In this document: one piece after another, positions 27,792-36,556 of the stretch | Layout of the letters: each line of letters opens with the position of its first letter | Position numbering within the stretch: the first letter of the stretch is position 1 | Origin: a virus | Lineage: Duplodnaviria > Heunggongvirae > Uroviricota > Caudoviricetes | Length of the DNA: 41,694 nt | Direction: 5' to 3' (one strand) | Virus record (IMG/VR): IMGVR_UViG_2529292985_000032 | Notes under the pieces: model-generated | What the model was told of the DNA's origin: nothing | Database searches by the model: none | What the model saw: only the letters and a program-made list of their open reading frames with translations | Translations under genes and position numbers: made by a program

Positions 27792-29234
27792 TTAAGCATA
27801 GGGATCGTAATCTGTGATGGCCTTGCCTTGCTGGTTCTGCTGCCCGGGAATTCGCAGACGCTTCGACACAGGGAACGCAAACGTCAGCAGTAGCGCATCG
27901 CCTTTACCCGGCGAACGCCCAAGCCGCTCCTTGATATCTTCCTTCGGTTCGATAACGATTTTACCGTCCACTCGAACTTTGTACTCAGCCGCCGACAGGT
28001 CGTCCGCTGTTTCCTGGTCATCAAGCATGCCACCCAGCCTCAGCCATGTCTTGCATGAGATGAACATCTCCCCACGCTTGTTGAGCATCTGCGGGTCAGT
28101 AGACGCGCCACCGAACGGAACAAGTTGCCATGTACGACCCCAGCCGTCACCGATTGACTTCAGACCAGTTCCGTAACCGAAGTCGATGAACACTGCGTCA
28201 GCCTGGTACTGGTCTTCAAAGTCAGCGATACGCTTCGCCATAATCAGATCGTCAGTGGTCTTGTTGCCAGTCCACAGCACCTTACTGTGCAGCCCCTGCC
28301 GCAGGTATATCACAGCGTCATCAACGCCGGAGTATGCCGGGTCAACGCCGATTATCACCGGAGCATGTGCAACCTGCGCAGCGGTTACCACCCGTTTCAT
28401 TGCCTCGTCAGTAAGGCCAGTAGGGATAAACTGCAATTCAGATGCATCCGGGAATATGCCGCGCACACGGATTTTAACGAAGTCGCTGTCTTCCCCGTAG
28501 TCATCAACCCATTTCTGCAACTGCTGTTTGTTAGTGCCTTCCACCGTCCGGCTGTCAATCTGCGCACACTTCCAGCGGTGTTTGTACTTGCGGAAACATT
28601 CACGGAAACGCCCGGTGTTACGCGTCGGGTTTCCGAACGCCACCCAGATAATCTCAGTGTCTTCGTCCGTTAGCGCACCCTCGGCAACTTCCCACACCAG
28701 ATCCGCAATGTTCGACGCTTCATCGAATACCACGATGATGCGTTTGCGCTCGTTGTGTAGTCCGGCGAATGCCTCAGTGTTGTGCTCAGACCAGGGGATT
28801 GCGTCAGCTCGCCACCGCTTGTCGTGCCCAGGGTCATTGCTGTACATCGCGGTAGCGGTACAGGTAAACCAGTCTTTCGTGATAGCAAGGTTCGACCACT
28901 TGATAATTTCCGGCCAAGTCTTCGTTCGTAGCTGGTTGTCGGTGTTGGCGGTCACCACGACCTTACAATCCTCGCAAGTGGACATGCCCCAGTTGATCAG
29001 CATTGAGATGAATGCGGATTTACCAATACCGTGACCCGAAGCACGTGCCAGCATAAGCGGCTGATAGCGCGTCTCTGGATTCTGCAGGTGATCACGTATC
29101 TCTCGGAACGCATCAGCCTGCCACTGACGTGGACCGGTGGCATGTGCTAATTCAGTCCCCTCTTCCCCCCACGGGAACGCATAGAGGGCATAGCCAAGCG
29201 GATCGTGAGTGAACCCTGCAATATCCTCGATCAA
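27792..29234 (-). CDS. Terminase large subunit
   Basis: 480 aa; ATPase-like N-part and nuclease-like C-part; follows terminase small gene. Confidence 0.9.
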   Translation of the reverse strand: MIEDIAGFTHDPLGYALYAFPWGEEGTELAHATGPRQWQADAFREIRDHLQNPETRYQPLMLARASGHGIGKSAFISMLINWGMSTCEDCKVVVTANTDNQLRTKTWPEIIKWSNLAITKDWFTCTATAMYSNDPGHDKRWRADAIPWSEHNTEAFAGLHNERKRIIVVFDEASNIADLVWEVAEGALTDEDTEIIWVAFGNPTRNTGRFRECFRKYKHRWKCAQIDSRTVEGTNKQQLQKWVDDYGEDSDFVKIRVRGIFPDASELQFIPTGLTDEAMKRVVTAAQVAHAPVIIGVDPAYSGVDDAVIYLRQGLHSKVLWTGNKTTDDLIMAKRIADFEDQYQADAVFIDFGYGTGLKSIGDGWGRTWQLVPFGGASTDPQMLNKRGEMFISCKTWLRLGGMLDDQETADDLSAAEYKVRVDGKIVIEPKEDIKERLGRSPGKGDALLLTFAFPVSKRLRIPGQQNQQGKAITDYDPYA

Positions 29235-29263
29235 CTGCTCTTCAGGAGATAACGCTGTATCTG

Positions 29264-29938
29264 TCAGTGATTACCATCCTGACGTTCTTTGAGTCGCTTC
29301 CTGGCTGCTGCTATGCGATCAGCAATTGTCACATTCACATTAACATCCAGACGTTCTTTGAACGCGTTGACATCAACATGCTTACCAATCAGCTCAAGGT
29401 TCTTCACCTTGTCAGGCCATTTAATTTTTTTGAGGATTGTCTCTATCGAATCCTCGTTCATGTTCATGATGGTCGATGACAGATCAAAGCCACTAAGCGT
29501 AGTGCGCCAAATTTTCGGCCACTCACAGATTGGTTTAAGGCTCCCATCGTCGTTGAGGATGTCGATCACGTCCATCTGGTCGATCTCCACCAGGCGCATG
29601 AGAACGTAATCAGCACTGATGCGCATTCGTTTGTTGCGCTCCTCCATCAACTCGGCAATCCGTTTTTGAATGCGTTCATCGCGCATCATGACACTGGCTT
29701 TAACTGCCGCTGTATTTGGGGAGAATCCTGCGTTAATCGCTGCCTGAGTCTGGTTTTCAGGCGTTTTGATGTATGACTGGCAATAAGCCTCCTGCATTGC
29801 TGTTAGTGGCTTAAATTGCGTTGATTTGCGTTTATAGGTTTTAGGTTCAGCAGGCATCATAACCACCGTGGTAATAGTTACCGTTGTGGTAATAGTATCA
29901 TGCAAAATAAAGCCGCCATAGTTGGCGGCAGTATTCAA
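29264..29938 (-). CDS. Terminase small subunit (start uncertain)
   Basis: Track ORF starts at TTG 29938; more likely start is an ATG near 29857 with GGTGG upstream; conserved helix-turn-helix-like core (LTAMQEAYCQSYIK ... INAGFSP). Confidence 0.7.
   Translation of the reverse strand: MNTAANYGGFILHDTITTTVTITTVVMMPAEPKTYKRKSTQFKPLTAMQEAYCQSYIKTPENQTQAAINAGFSPNTAAVKASVMMRDERIQKRIAELMEERNKRMRISADYVLMRLVEIDQMDVIDILNDDGSLKPICEWPKIWRTTLSGFDLSSTIMNMNEDSIETILKKIKWPDKVKNLELIGKHVDVNAFKERLDVNVNVTIADRIAAARKRLKERQDGNH
29878..29892. promoter_or_regulatory. Operator-like palindrome TTACC-GTTGT-GGTAA immediately upstream of terminase small start
   Basis: Perfect half-sites. Confidence 0.45.
29901..29929 (-). 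terminator. Hairpin terminator in the late leader upstream of terminase small gene
   Basis: Minus-strand reading GCCGCC-AACTAT-GGCGGC followed by TTTATTTTG. Confidence 0.5.
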
Positions 29939-29969
29939 AACCCATCAAATTCATCATGCATAATCTACT

Positions 29970-29983
29970 CGTGACATGTCACA
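29970..29983. repeat. 14-bp element CGTGACATGTCACA, copy 1
   Basis: Overlaps the stop codon of the 29979..30317 gene; identical to 27705-27718. Confidence 0.8.
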
Positions 29984-30317
29984 CTATTAATTTCGTTTCA
30001 TGCCAGCCTTTAGTCACCCAGCATTGCGAGTCACCATTACACGGGCATGAATTAACTGGAACTCTCTCGCCGCACTTACCGCAACGTTTTCTGCTGATCG
30101 ATTTTATACGCCCGCGCACGCGTGCATCATCCTGGCGGATCAGTAACGCTATATACTCACCAAATTCGTAAGGCGCACGCCCGGGGCGACGCGTGGCACA
30201 GTTACGCTCCAGCATTTCAATTTCCTGAGCATCAAGCACAATTTCCAGCTTACGCACACCAGATGCAGCTTGTCTGGCTCTCTGAGCGGCTTTGCGCTCT
30301 GCTGATGATTTAGCCAT
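29979..30317 (-). CDS. Basic protein with C-terminal Cys-rich zinc-ribbon-like region; candidate late-gene regulator (Q position)
   Basis: 112 aa; C-terminal CGKCG ... CPCNGDSQC; sits directly upstream of late leader and terminase; function is positional inference. Confidence 0.4.
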   Translation of the reverse strand: MAKSSAERKAAQRARQAASGVRKLEIVLDAQEIEMLERNCATRRPGRAPYEFGEYIALLIRQDDARVRGRIKSISRKRCGKCGERVPVNSCPCNGDSQCWVTKGWHETKLIV

Positions 30318-30678
30318 TCTGATTTTCCTGCATCATGAGAAATACAATCATGGCGGCGCGGAGTGGGTTGTTGTCTATGGTAATAAATTCACAAAATCTA
30401 TCCGCCTCCCACCAATATTCATTCTTCATTCCAGGATTATTTCTTTCGTATGCACATATGCTGATCTGATGTTTTGCGATTACAGGCCATGAGGCGCTCG
30501 GATCATTGCAGTAGTCAGGTAAAGGGTTTAATGGCTCAAAAGTTGTATCAGCATTTCCGTAATACCATTTGTTGGTGTTATTCCCTGATGTTTCCGGTTT
30601 ACATGCCCAAAGGCCTTTAAAAATTATGTCTCCTACCATTCTGTTAATTTCAAAATCACTTAACTGTGAATAGTCCAT
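30310..30678 (-). CDS. Hypothetical early protein
   Basis: Track ORF 30310..30732; likely start ATG 30676-30678 overlapping upstream stop (TAATG). Confidence 0.55.
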   Translation of the reverse strand: MDYSQLSDFEINRMVGDIIFKGLWACKPETSGNNTNKWYYGNADTTFEPLNPLPDYCNDPSASWPVIAKHQISICAYERNNPGMKNEYWWEADRFCEFITIDNNPLRAAMIVFLMMQENQNG

Positions 30679-31367
30679 TACTTCACCTCCTGCGGCGGTT
30701 CTGGTAGCGGCATCCAATTGATTACATCGCATTCAGGGATGCTGATATCATCACCAAGCCACCCTTGACCTTCAGACCAGCATTGCACGTAATACCCGTA
30801 TTCTGTGTTCACTACGCACCACTGCGCGTCGTCCGGCATTTGCTCACTACAGCTTATCCAATCATCCGGAGTTACCGGAGAGTTGCCCGATAGCTGGTTC
30901 AACTTGTAAGTTTGGCTTACAGGTTCGGCACCATGAAGCATGGCGTCGCTCCGCTCTATGCCATCCAGCGCGATTCGCAGTGCCTGAATTGTGGTAGAGC
31001 TATCGTTTGGGGCTATTCCATATCGCTCGAATACAGCTAAATGGTTGCGCATAATCTCAGGCGTAAGCTCTTTGTAAGCATAAGCAAGAGGCTCTGATGC
31101 ATTATCCGGCACAACCGACGCAGGCGCGGCAGCATAAACAGGAATAACGTCCGCTTGCTCTTTATTGCTTTCATCCGTTAAAGCCCAGAATAATTTCCCG
31201 GCCGGATGTTTGAAAATATAAGCAACTGGTTCTGCTCCCAGTGATGCCAGTGCAATTCGTGCCAGTTCTTCCGCTTCTTCTGCTGGCAGCACAACGTTGC
31301 TACCAGGTCCGTATGTTTCGCGCCACTCCTTGATTGTCATCAGTCGCTCTTTGGTTATAGTGGTCAT
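30678..31367 (-). CDS. Hypothetical early protein, DUF551-like C-terminus
   Basis: 229 aa; C-terminal WMPLPEPP motif of the kind seen in DUF551 phage proteins (recognition, unverified). Confidence 0.55.
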   Translation of the reverse strand: MTTITKERLMTIKEWRETYGPGSNVVLPAEEAEELARIALASLGAEPVAYIFKHPAGKLFWALTDESNKEQADVIPVYAAAPASVVPDNASEPLAYAYKELTPEIMRNHLAVFERYGIAPNDSSTTIQALRIALDGIERSDAMLHGAEPVSQTYKLNQLSGNSPVTPDDWISCSEQMPDDAQWCVVNTEYGYYVQCWSEGQGWLGDDISIPECDVINWMPLPEPPQEVK

Positions 31368-31573
31368 TTGTTAATCCTCAAAACTTTATGCCCGGGCGCA
31401 AAAGCACGCGTTTTGTCTTTGCTTATTCGCCAGCCATCCTTGCGCGCCTCTTTTGCACAGCCAGCCCATGACGTACCTATATACTCACCGAAGTCTGGCG
31501 ACTTATATTTGCCATCTGTACACTGGAGGCAATCACAATAGAGATGCATGGTGTAACTTGCAGCGATAGCCAT
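31364..31573 (-). CDS. Small Cys-rich hypothetical protein
   Basis: Track ORF 31364..31735; likely start ATG 31571-31573 preceded by AAGGAGAG, 1 nt after upstream stop. Confidence 0.5.
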   Translation of the reverse strand: MAIAASYTMHLYCDCLQCTDGKYKSPDFGEYIGTSWAGCAKEARKDGWRISKDKTRAFAPGHKVLRINK

Positions 31574-31574
31574 A

Positions 31575-32348
31575 TCACTCTCCTTTGATGCGAATGCCAG
31601 CGGCGCGCTCGGCTTCACTTTGTTCCCAAAACCACTTGTGAAGCGCCATAAGCTTTTCGTCAATCGGTGCATATTTGCGATTAAAGTAGGCCTGAGCATT
31701 TTTCTCAGATTCGTCCGGCAATTCGCCTGGGCCAAACAGTGTGTTATAAATCCATGCTAGTCCGCTTTTAGCGTCGCCAGTCGATTGCCATTCGATAATG
31801 GCAGCCTGCATGACCAGAATGTTTTTCCCGATTAATAGGTCCAGTTCTTTGTACCGGTTGCGGATGTATGCATTCTCGCTTTGTAATTTTGCGTTGCGCT
31901 TCTCTGATGCTTCAAGTAACGCCTGCTTATTGCGTAGCGCTTCTTCCAGTTCAGCAACATGGCATTCACTATCAATGAGGTTATTCTCTGCGGCTTCCAG
32001 CTCAACTCTCAGCTTCCCTACCGTTAGCGCAATATCCTCGTTCTCCTGGTCGCGGCGTTTGATGTATTGCTGGTTTCTTTCCCGTTCATCCAGCAGTGCC
32101 AGCACGGTAGCCGGATTGGCTGCAGCGATGAATTCAGCATTGGCCTGCTGTTCCATTTGGAAATCTTCATCGAAACCGCTTTCAGGATGCGCTCCTTCAA
32201 TTCTGCAAATGGGAATATATCCAGCAGCCTCGCGATTAATTAGCGCATCATCACCATCAAATCGGCCCTCTCCATATTCGAGCGACCACTCACCACACGT
32301 TGCTTTTTCTGCCGCTTCACGCAGTGCCTGATAATCAATCTTGCTCAC
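31575..32348 (-). CDS. Ead/Ea22-like early protein
   Basis: Track ORF 31575..32423; likely start GTG 32348 with AAGGAGG upstream, overlapping upstream stop (GTGA); coiled-coil middle. Confidence 0.55.
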   Translation of the reverse strand: MSKIDYQALREAAEKATCGEWSLEYGEGRFDGDDALINREAAGYIPICRIEGAHPESGFDEDFQMEQQANAEFIAAANPATVLALLDERERNQQYIKRRDQENEDIALTVGKLRVELEAAENNLIDSECHVAELEEALRNKQALLEASEKRNAKLQSENAYIRNRYKELDLLIGKNILVMQAAIIEWQSTGDAKSGLAWIYNTLFGPGELPDESEKNAQAYFNRKYAPIDEKLMALHKWFWEQSEAERAAGIRIKGE

Positions 32349-32578
32349 TGGTTGCCTCCTTTGCGTAACTGGGCGGCGCTTCTGATCTTTCCACTCTTGA
32401 CCCCAGCGAAAGCCTTTAGCCAAAGCTTACGGTTGAGTGGATCATCTGTTGAATACGGATTGTCAGTTACCTCGAGGCCTATTACGGCGGCGTAGATTCC
32501 CTCCTCGTAAGCGTTGTCGACGTCTCTGGCATTACCATCTGCATCAATTCTTCTGGCAGGCTTAATCTGATTGCTCAT
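32345..32578 (-). CDS. Hypothetical early protein (77 aa)
   Basis: ORF with translational coupling on both sides. Confidence 0.55.
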   Translation of the reverse strand: MSNQIKPARRIDADGNARDVDNAYEEGIYAAVIGLEVTDNPYSTDDPLNRKLWLKAFAGVKSGKIRSAAQLRKGGNQ

Positions 32579-33078
32579 GCTGCACCTCCTTCGCGAAGCT
32601 GAGTGGCGAATTCATTAAGCTCAGCTAACAATTCATCAGCCCACTGAGCCGCTCTGCTTGCGTAGAGCATCTCCACACCCTGAGCCCGCACTTCAGCCAG
32701 GAAGGCGTCGGTGGCTGGGGTTTTTATTTCGTTAAGTGCATCACTGAATCCACCTCTCTCCATACCTAGCTCTGCTTCGTAATCGGCATCGAATGCAGCG
32801 TCTTTGCAGAACTTCTTCAGCTTTGCATTCTCCGCTGCCAGCGCCGAAAACTTCTCGTGTGCCAACTTAACAGCTGCATCAGCCTGCTTAATTGACTCAA
32901 TCGCTCTCTGGTGGTCTTCGGCCAGCGCATTAGCACGCACCAGTTGCACTTCCAATTGCGTTGCCAAATTGCTGATCAGCTTTGCCACACTACGCATATC
33001 AACGGCCCCACATTCTGCTTTCAGTTCCGAAGCCATCTCATGCCCGGCGGAAACTAACCCTTTGATATTACTTTCCAT
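32575..33078 (-). CDS. Hypothetical coiled-coil early protein
   Basis: 167 aa, Ala/Glu/Leu-rich. Confidence 0.55.
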   Translation of the reverse strand: MESNIKGLVSAGHEMASELKAECGAVDMRSVAKLISNLATQLEVQLVRANALAEDHQRAIESIKQADAAVKLAHEKFSALAAENAKLKKFCKDAAFDADYEAELGMERGGFSDALNEIKTPATDAFLAEVRAQGVEMLYASRAAQWADELLAELNEFATQLREGGAA

Positions 33079-33139
33079 CTTTACCCTCGCTTATCCACAT
33101 AACTTATTGATTACATTGATAACTAAAAAGATCGTCGAT

Positions 33140-33484
33140 TCAGAACTCTTCGATATTCCAGCCGCCACCTGCTTTCTTTGGCTTAACCGTTACCCCGATG
33201 ATTCGGAACGGATACTGATCTGCGGCGACTTTGGTTTTCACCCTAGCGTCGTCGGTCCAGAAACCTTTCACTTCATGCAGTTCCATCTCACCAGTGGCGA
33301 GCATCACAGCGAAATCTGGCGTATAGAACGTGTTGTCAGCCAGCCGCAGCTTGATACCCTCGAACCGATACCAGGCGATTTCCCCTGCACGTTTACGCTG
33401 CTCAAGGTGCTGGCAATACGCAGATTCTGTTTTGTTCATCTGGCCTGTTTTGAGTCGACCAAGAGCCTGTATCTGCTTTCTCAT
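33140..33484 (-). CDS. DUF1064-like phage protein
   Basis: 114 aa; family call is recognition-based. Confidence 0.55.
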   Translation of the reverse strand: MRKQIQALGRLKTGQMNKTESAYCQHLEQRKRAGEIAWYRFEGIKLRLADNTFYTPDFAVMLATGEMELHEVKGFWTDDARVKTKVAADQYPFRIIGVTVKPKKAGGGWNIEEF

Positions 33485-33487
33485 GAT

Positions 33488-33502
33488 TTACCCCTGAGGT
33501 AA
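33488..33502. promoter_or_regulatory. Operator-like palindrome TTACC-CCTGA-GGTAA
   Basis: Perfect half-sites; abuts the 33484 start. Confidence 0.45.
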
Positions 33503-33549
33503 TTAAAAACCACATAAGACACGAAATCAATAGATTTTAGAATATCTCA

Positions 33550-33564
33550 TTACCCAGAAGGTAA
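33550..33564. promoter_or_regulatory. Operator-like palindrome TTACC-CAGAA-GGTAA
   Basis: Perfect half-sites; 62 bp from the previous site. Confidence 0.45.
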
Positions 33565-33601
33565 TTATTGAGGCGTAAAAAAATGCGCTATCGCGCTGGT
33601 A

Positions 33602-34402
33602 TTACTTGATAAATCCTGCCGCCTTTCCCCGCCTGTATTCCTCCATCAGCCACTGCGCCGGTGTTATTCCCCCCAGGGTGGCGGCGTTAGGCATGCACCC
33701 GAAACTTCGCCCTGGTGGATGGTAAACGTCTCTCCCTGTTTCCGGAGGCGTACTCATGGGTTCTGGCTTTGCCTGTATGCTGATCACCGGATCGGGTATC
33801 TGCTGTCCGGAAGCCACCTTTTTCGCCCAATCATCGAGCAGCCTGCGCGCGTGTTTCTCAACCTCAATCTCGCTAAGCTGGCGCTGATACATTGCACGGC
33901 GGGTATCACATACGACCCAGTACATAACCGGATGCCGCCACGGGAATCTTTCGGGACCACCAGGATATAAACTTTTTTCCTTGCTGTACCGGTGAAACTC
34001 CGTCATCACATCGTCAATGGTGACGCCAAGAACCATCTTGCTGTCTTTGCACCACTTGATGAATTGCCCTGGCGACGGCCAGAACGGAGAATCACTGGCG
34101 CGGGCGTGGCGCATACCAGCAGAAACCTGTTTACGGGTTCGGATCCCCCCTTCGGCAAACGCAGCAATCCACTGCTGTTTTGCAGCAACTTCCTGCTCTG
34201 GCGTCTTCAGGTTGGTTACCACTGCCGCCGGAAACAGTTGTTTCAACTGTTTGAAAAGGGCATCAACAAGCCTCTCTGCTGACATGTTCACTACGTTGTC
34301 ATTGTTGGTGTACTGATGCTCATAACCTGACATGCGAGAAAGGGCCTCTCCGTCACGGTTTTGTATTGCGGTAAAAACGTTGTTCACAAGAAATCCTCCC
34401 AT
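33602..34402 (-). CDS. Lambda P-like replication protein (helicase loader)
   Basis: 266 aa; segment VSAGMRHARASDSPFWPSPGQFIKWCKD matches the conserved lambda P core (NAGMRVARRQNRPFLPSPGQFVAWCRE) as recalled. Confidence 0.75.
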   Translation of the reverse strand: MGGFLVNNVFTAIQNRDGEALSRMSGYEHQYTNNDNVVNMSAERLVDALFKQLKQLFPAAVVTNLKTPEQEVAAKQQWIAAFAEGGIRTRKQVSAGMRHARASDSPFWPSPGQFIKWCKDSKMVLGVTIDDVMTEFHRYSKEKSLYPGGPERFPWRHPVMYWVVCDTRRAMYQRQLSEIEVEKHARRLLDDWAKKVASGQQIPDPVISIQAKPEPMSTPPETGRDVYHPPGRSFGCMPNAATLGGITPAQWLMEEYRRGKAAGFIK

Positions 34403-35199
34403 GCTTCAGGGCTGTTCCAGTGCGGAACGTTGTTATCAGGTAATGTTGATTGCTTCTGTCTGCTAATCTGCAGCCGCCTTGCCAGCTTCTGCTCCCACTG
34501 TGCCTGATGGTATGCCTTACCCTCAGCCATCCAGTAAATTCTGAACTCTGCAAGTTCCTGTGCCGTTGGCAGACTGTCCAGGTAGATCCCCTGCAATGAG
34601 CTTTTCCGAAGAAAGTCATCTGATGGCTGCCATTGTTCATGCATGACAAATTTGCCTAATTGCCCTGGCCCACCAGGAGGAACAAAGTTATTCATCACGG
34701 CGTTGTTTGCGCCGGGGTCATGAGGCACAGAATTCCCGTTTTTTGTCCTGCTCTCCCTCTCTTGGTTAAATGACTGGTTATATGACTGGTTCTGGATCCC
34801 GTTTTTGGGATCATTCAACATCCCGTTTTTGGGATCATTCAACATCCCGTTTTTGGTTATATTACCGTTTTCGGGAACATTACCGTTTTCGGGTTCATTC
34901 CCCCCTTCCCGGTTGCCTTTAATGTTCCCGTTTTTGGTTATATTAAGAGAGAAAACCCGCACTCTTTTCGTCGCTCCCTTTCTCTCTCCGGTATCTGAAA
35001 TAAGCCCCATTTTCATGAGCGATATAAGCCCGGCCTGCACGGTTTTTTTATTCAGGCAAGTGTCTTTAACGAGGCGTTCTATGCTGGGGTAGCAGAGGTT
35101 ATATTCATCGGCTCTGTCAGCCATCGAGAGCAGTATGAGCTTTAATGATGAGCTACCTGGATCTGTCTCCCAGGCCCAATCTGTTGCATGTCTGCTCAT
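34384..35199 (-). CDS. Lambda O-like replication initiator with internal iteron-encoded repeat linker
   Basis: 271 aa; N-terminal winged-helix-like region, central NGN/KNG peptide repeats encoded by DNA iterons, followed by P-like gene. Confidence 0.7.
   Translation of the reverse strand: MSRHATDWAWETDPGSSSLKLILLSMADRADEYNLCYPSIERLVKDTCLNKKTVQAGLISLMKMGLISDTGERKGATKRVRVFSLNITKNGNIKGNREGGNEPENGNVPENGNITKNGMLNDPKNGMLNDPKNGIQNQSYNQSFNQERESRTKNGNSVPHDPGANNAVMNNFVPPGGPGQLGKFVMHEQWQPSDDFLRKSSLQGIYLDSLPTAQELAEFRIYWMAEGKAYHQAQWEQKLARRLQISRQKQSTLPDNNVPHWNSPEAWEDFL
34797..34945. repeat. Iteron array (probable replication origin) inside the O-like gene
   Basis: Two perfect 24-bp tandem units TCCCGTTTTTGGGATCATTCAACA (34797-34844), further TCCCGTTTTTGG copies at 34845 and 34926, two 18-bp TTACCGTTTTCGGG-type units at 34862-34897. 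Confidence 0.7.
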
Positions 35200-35214
35200 G
35201 ATTAATCTCCGCTA

Positions 35215-35415
35215 TCAGCTTGAATGTTGTGGGGAGGAATTAATCATGATCTGCTTAATCTCTGCCCTGATGCGACGGTTTGATTCCATGGTGCACTCAA
35301 CACAGTGTCCGTTGTAAACCCAGCGTTCACTGTCATGTCCGTGCTTACATGGTTTTCCGGTGTAGTAGCGTTTAAGTCCGCGCTTTGCGGCATCAATACG
35401 TGTAATGATTTCCAT
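35215..35415 (-). CDS. Small zinc-finger-like protein at the cII position
   Basis: Track ORF 35215..35478; likely start ATG 35413-35415; Cys/His cluster CKHGHD ... CVEC. Confidence 0.5.
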   Translation of the reverse strand: MEIITRIDAAKRGLKRYYTGKPCKHGHDSERWVYNGHCVECTMESNRRIRAEIKQIMINSSPQHSS

Positions 35416-35495
35416 GGTAAGCCCTGTTATTAGTATTGGGATTACGGTTATTTTGTGCTGACACAAAAAAAAGATCAACCAGATTTGGTTTTTTA

Positions 35496-35510
35496 TTACC
35501 TTTAAGGTGC
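35496..35510. promoter_or_regulatory. Operator-like palindrome TTACC-TTTAA-GGTGC
   Basis: Left half perfect, right half 3/5. Confidence 0.35.
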
Positions 35511-35520
35511 GAATAGATAT

Positions 35521-35544
35521 GAAAAGACCGCCGGATGGCGGTCT
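35521..35544 (-). terminator. tR1-like terminator between Cro-like gene and downstream operon
   Basis: AGACCGCC-GGAT-GGCGGTCT hairpin; minus-strand downstream sequence TTTCATATC. Confidence 0.5.
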
Positions 35545-35565
35545 ACAGAGGTTTGTGGCTGGATA

Positions 35566-35796
35566 TCATGAGTAGAAGAAGTATGCCAGTTCTGCTTTTG
35601 AGCGCAGCCATTGTCTTGTTTTACAGGCTTTAAAAAGCCCATTCATCAATACTTTACCTGTCATTTTGCGCTTACCTGTTAAGTGAGTCTGGATATAGTG
35701 ACTCGTCGTTCCGGCTTCCTGTGCGAAGGCTTCACGCTCATCCGGAGTAAGTGCAAGCCAGTGCTTTTTGAAATCGAAATGTCCGTTATCGCTCAT
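35566..35796 (-). CDS. Cro-like early regulator (by position)
   Basis: 76-aa ORF divergent from the repressor gene across the operator cluster. Confidence 0.5.
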   Translation of the reverse strand: MSDNGHFDFKKHWLALTPDEREAFAQEAGTTSHYIQTHLTGKRKMTGKVLMNGLFKACKTRQWLRSKAELAYFFYS

Positions 35797-35832
35797 AGCT
35801 ATTGCCTGATATTTATTTCAGATAATAAATAT

Positions 35833-35895
35833 TCACCCATAAGGTAACAAAAATCAAGGATAGTTACCTATGGGGTGCATTTACCTGTTGGGTAA
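35833..35895. promoter_or_regulatory. Immunity-region operator cluster: three tandem 15-bp sites
   Basis: TCACC-CATAA-GGTAA (35833-35847), TTACC-TATGG-GGTGC (35864-35878), TTACC-TGTTG-GGTAA (35881-35895) between divergent Cro-like and repressor genes. Confidence 0.65.
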
Positions 35896-35950
35896 TATTG
35901 CTTTAAATTGAATCATCTACTGATTCATATATGAGGCGATTTTCCAGAAA

Positions 35951-36535
35951 ATGAAAAGTATCCAGGACGTCCGCAGGCAAAATCTCAACGACTTGATCGA
36001 CCGTGAATTCAATGGTGTTCAGACGCGGATGGCAGAAAAACTTGGAACTCAGGCAAATCTGGTAAACCGCTGGGCTCTTGGCAAGAAGGTTATCGGCGAC
36101 CAGGTTGCGCGAAAAATTGAAGCTGCCGCCAATAAACCACGTAACTGGCTTGATATCGATCGCTCGCTTTCTCAGGAGGGTTTTCAGCCTGTTGGACCAA
36201 GCGACATTGGTCAGCTGGCGGCTCACAACCTGGAACGCTGGATGAGTGAAAGCCGCGACCTTTCAACTCAGGGAAAACTTCACCGCGCATCCGGCGTCGC
36301 CCAGGTGACAATCAGCCGCCTGTTAAACAATGAGGTCAGCGTTTCCATTTCCACTCTGGAGAATGTTGCATCTGCATTCGGGCGTCACGGATATGAACTA
36401 CTGATTCACCCGCACGACCCTGCAACTATCAACTATGACCGCTCGCGCTACGCATTGTTACCTGAAACCGAGAAAGCAAAGATCGAAAGTTACATTGAAT
36501 TTGTCATCAACCAGAACGAAAAAAACAAACAATAA
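35951..36535 (+). CDS. Prophage repressor, two helix-turn-helix-like domains, no S24 peptidase domain
   Basis: 194 aa; XRE-type HTH-like segments near residues 20-45 and 115-140; no Ala-Gly/Ser-Lys autocleavage module visible; no obvious SD (leaderless-like). Confidence 0.7.
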   Translation: MKSIQDVRRQNLNDLIDREFNGVQTRMAEKLGTQANLVNRWALGKKVIGDQVARKIEAAANKPRNWLDIDRSLSQEGFQPVGPSDIGQLAAHNLERWMSESRDLSTQGKLHRASGVAQVTISRLLNNEVSVSISTLENVASAFGRHGYELLIHPHDPATINYDRSRYALLPETEKAKIESYIEFVINQNEKNKQ

Positions 36536-36556
36536 AATCATATTTTTCAGTAAGTA

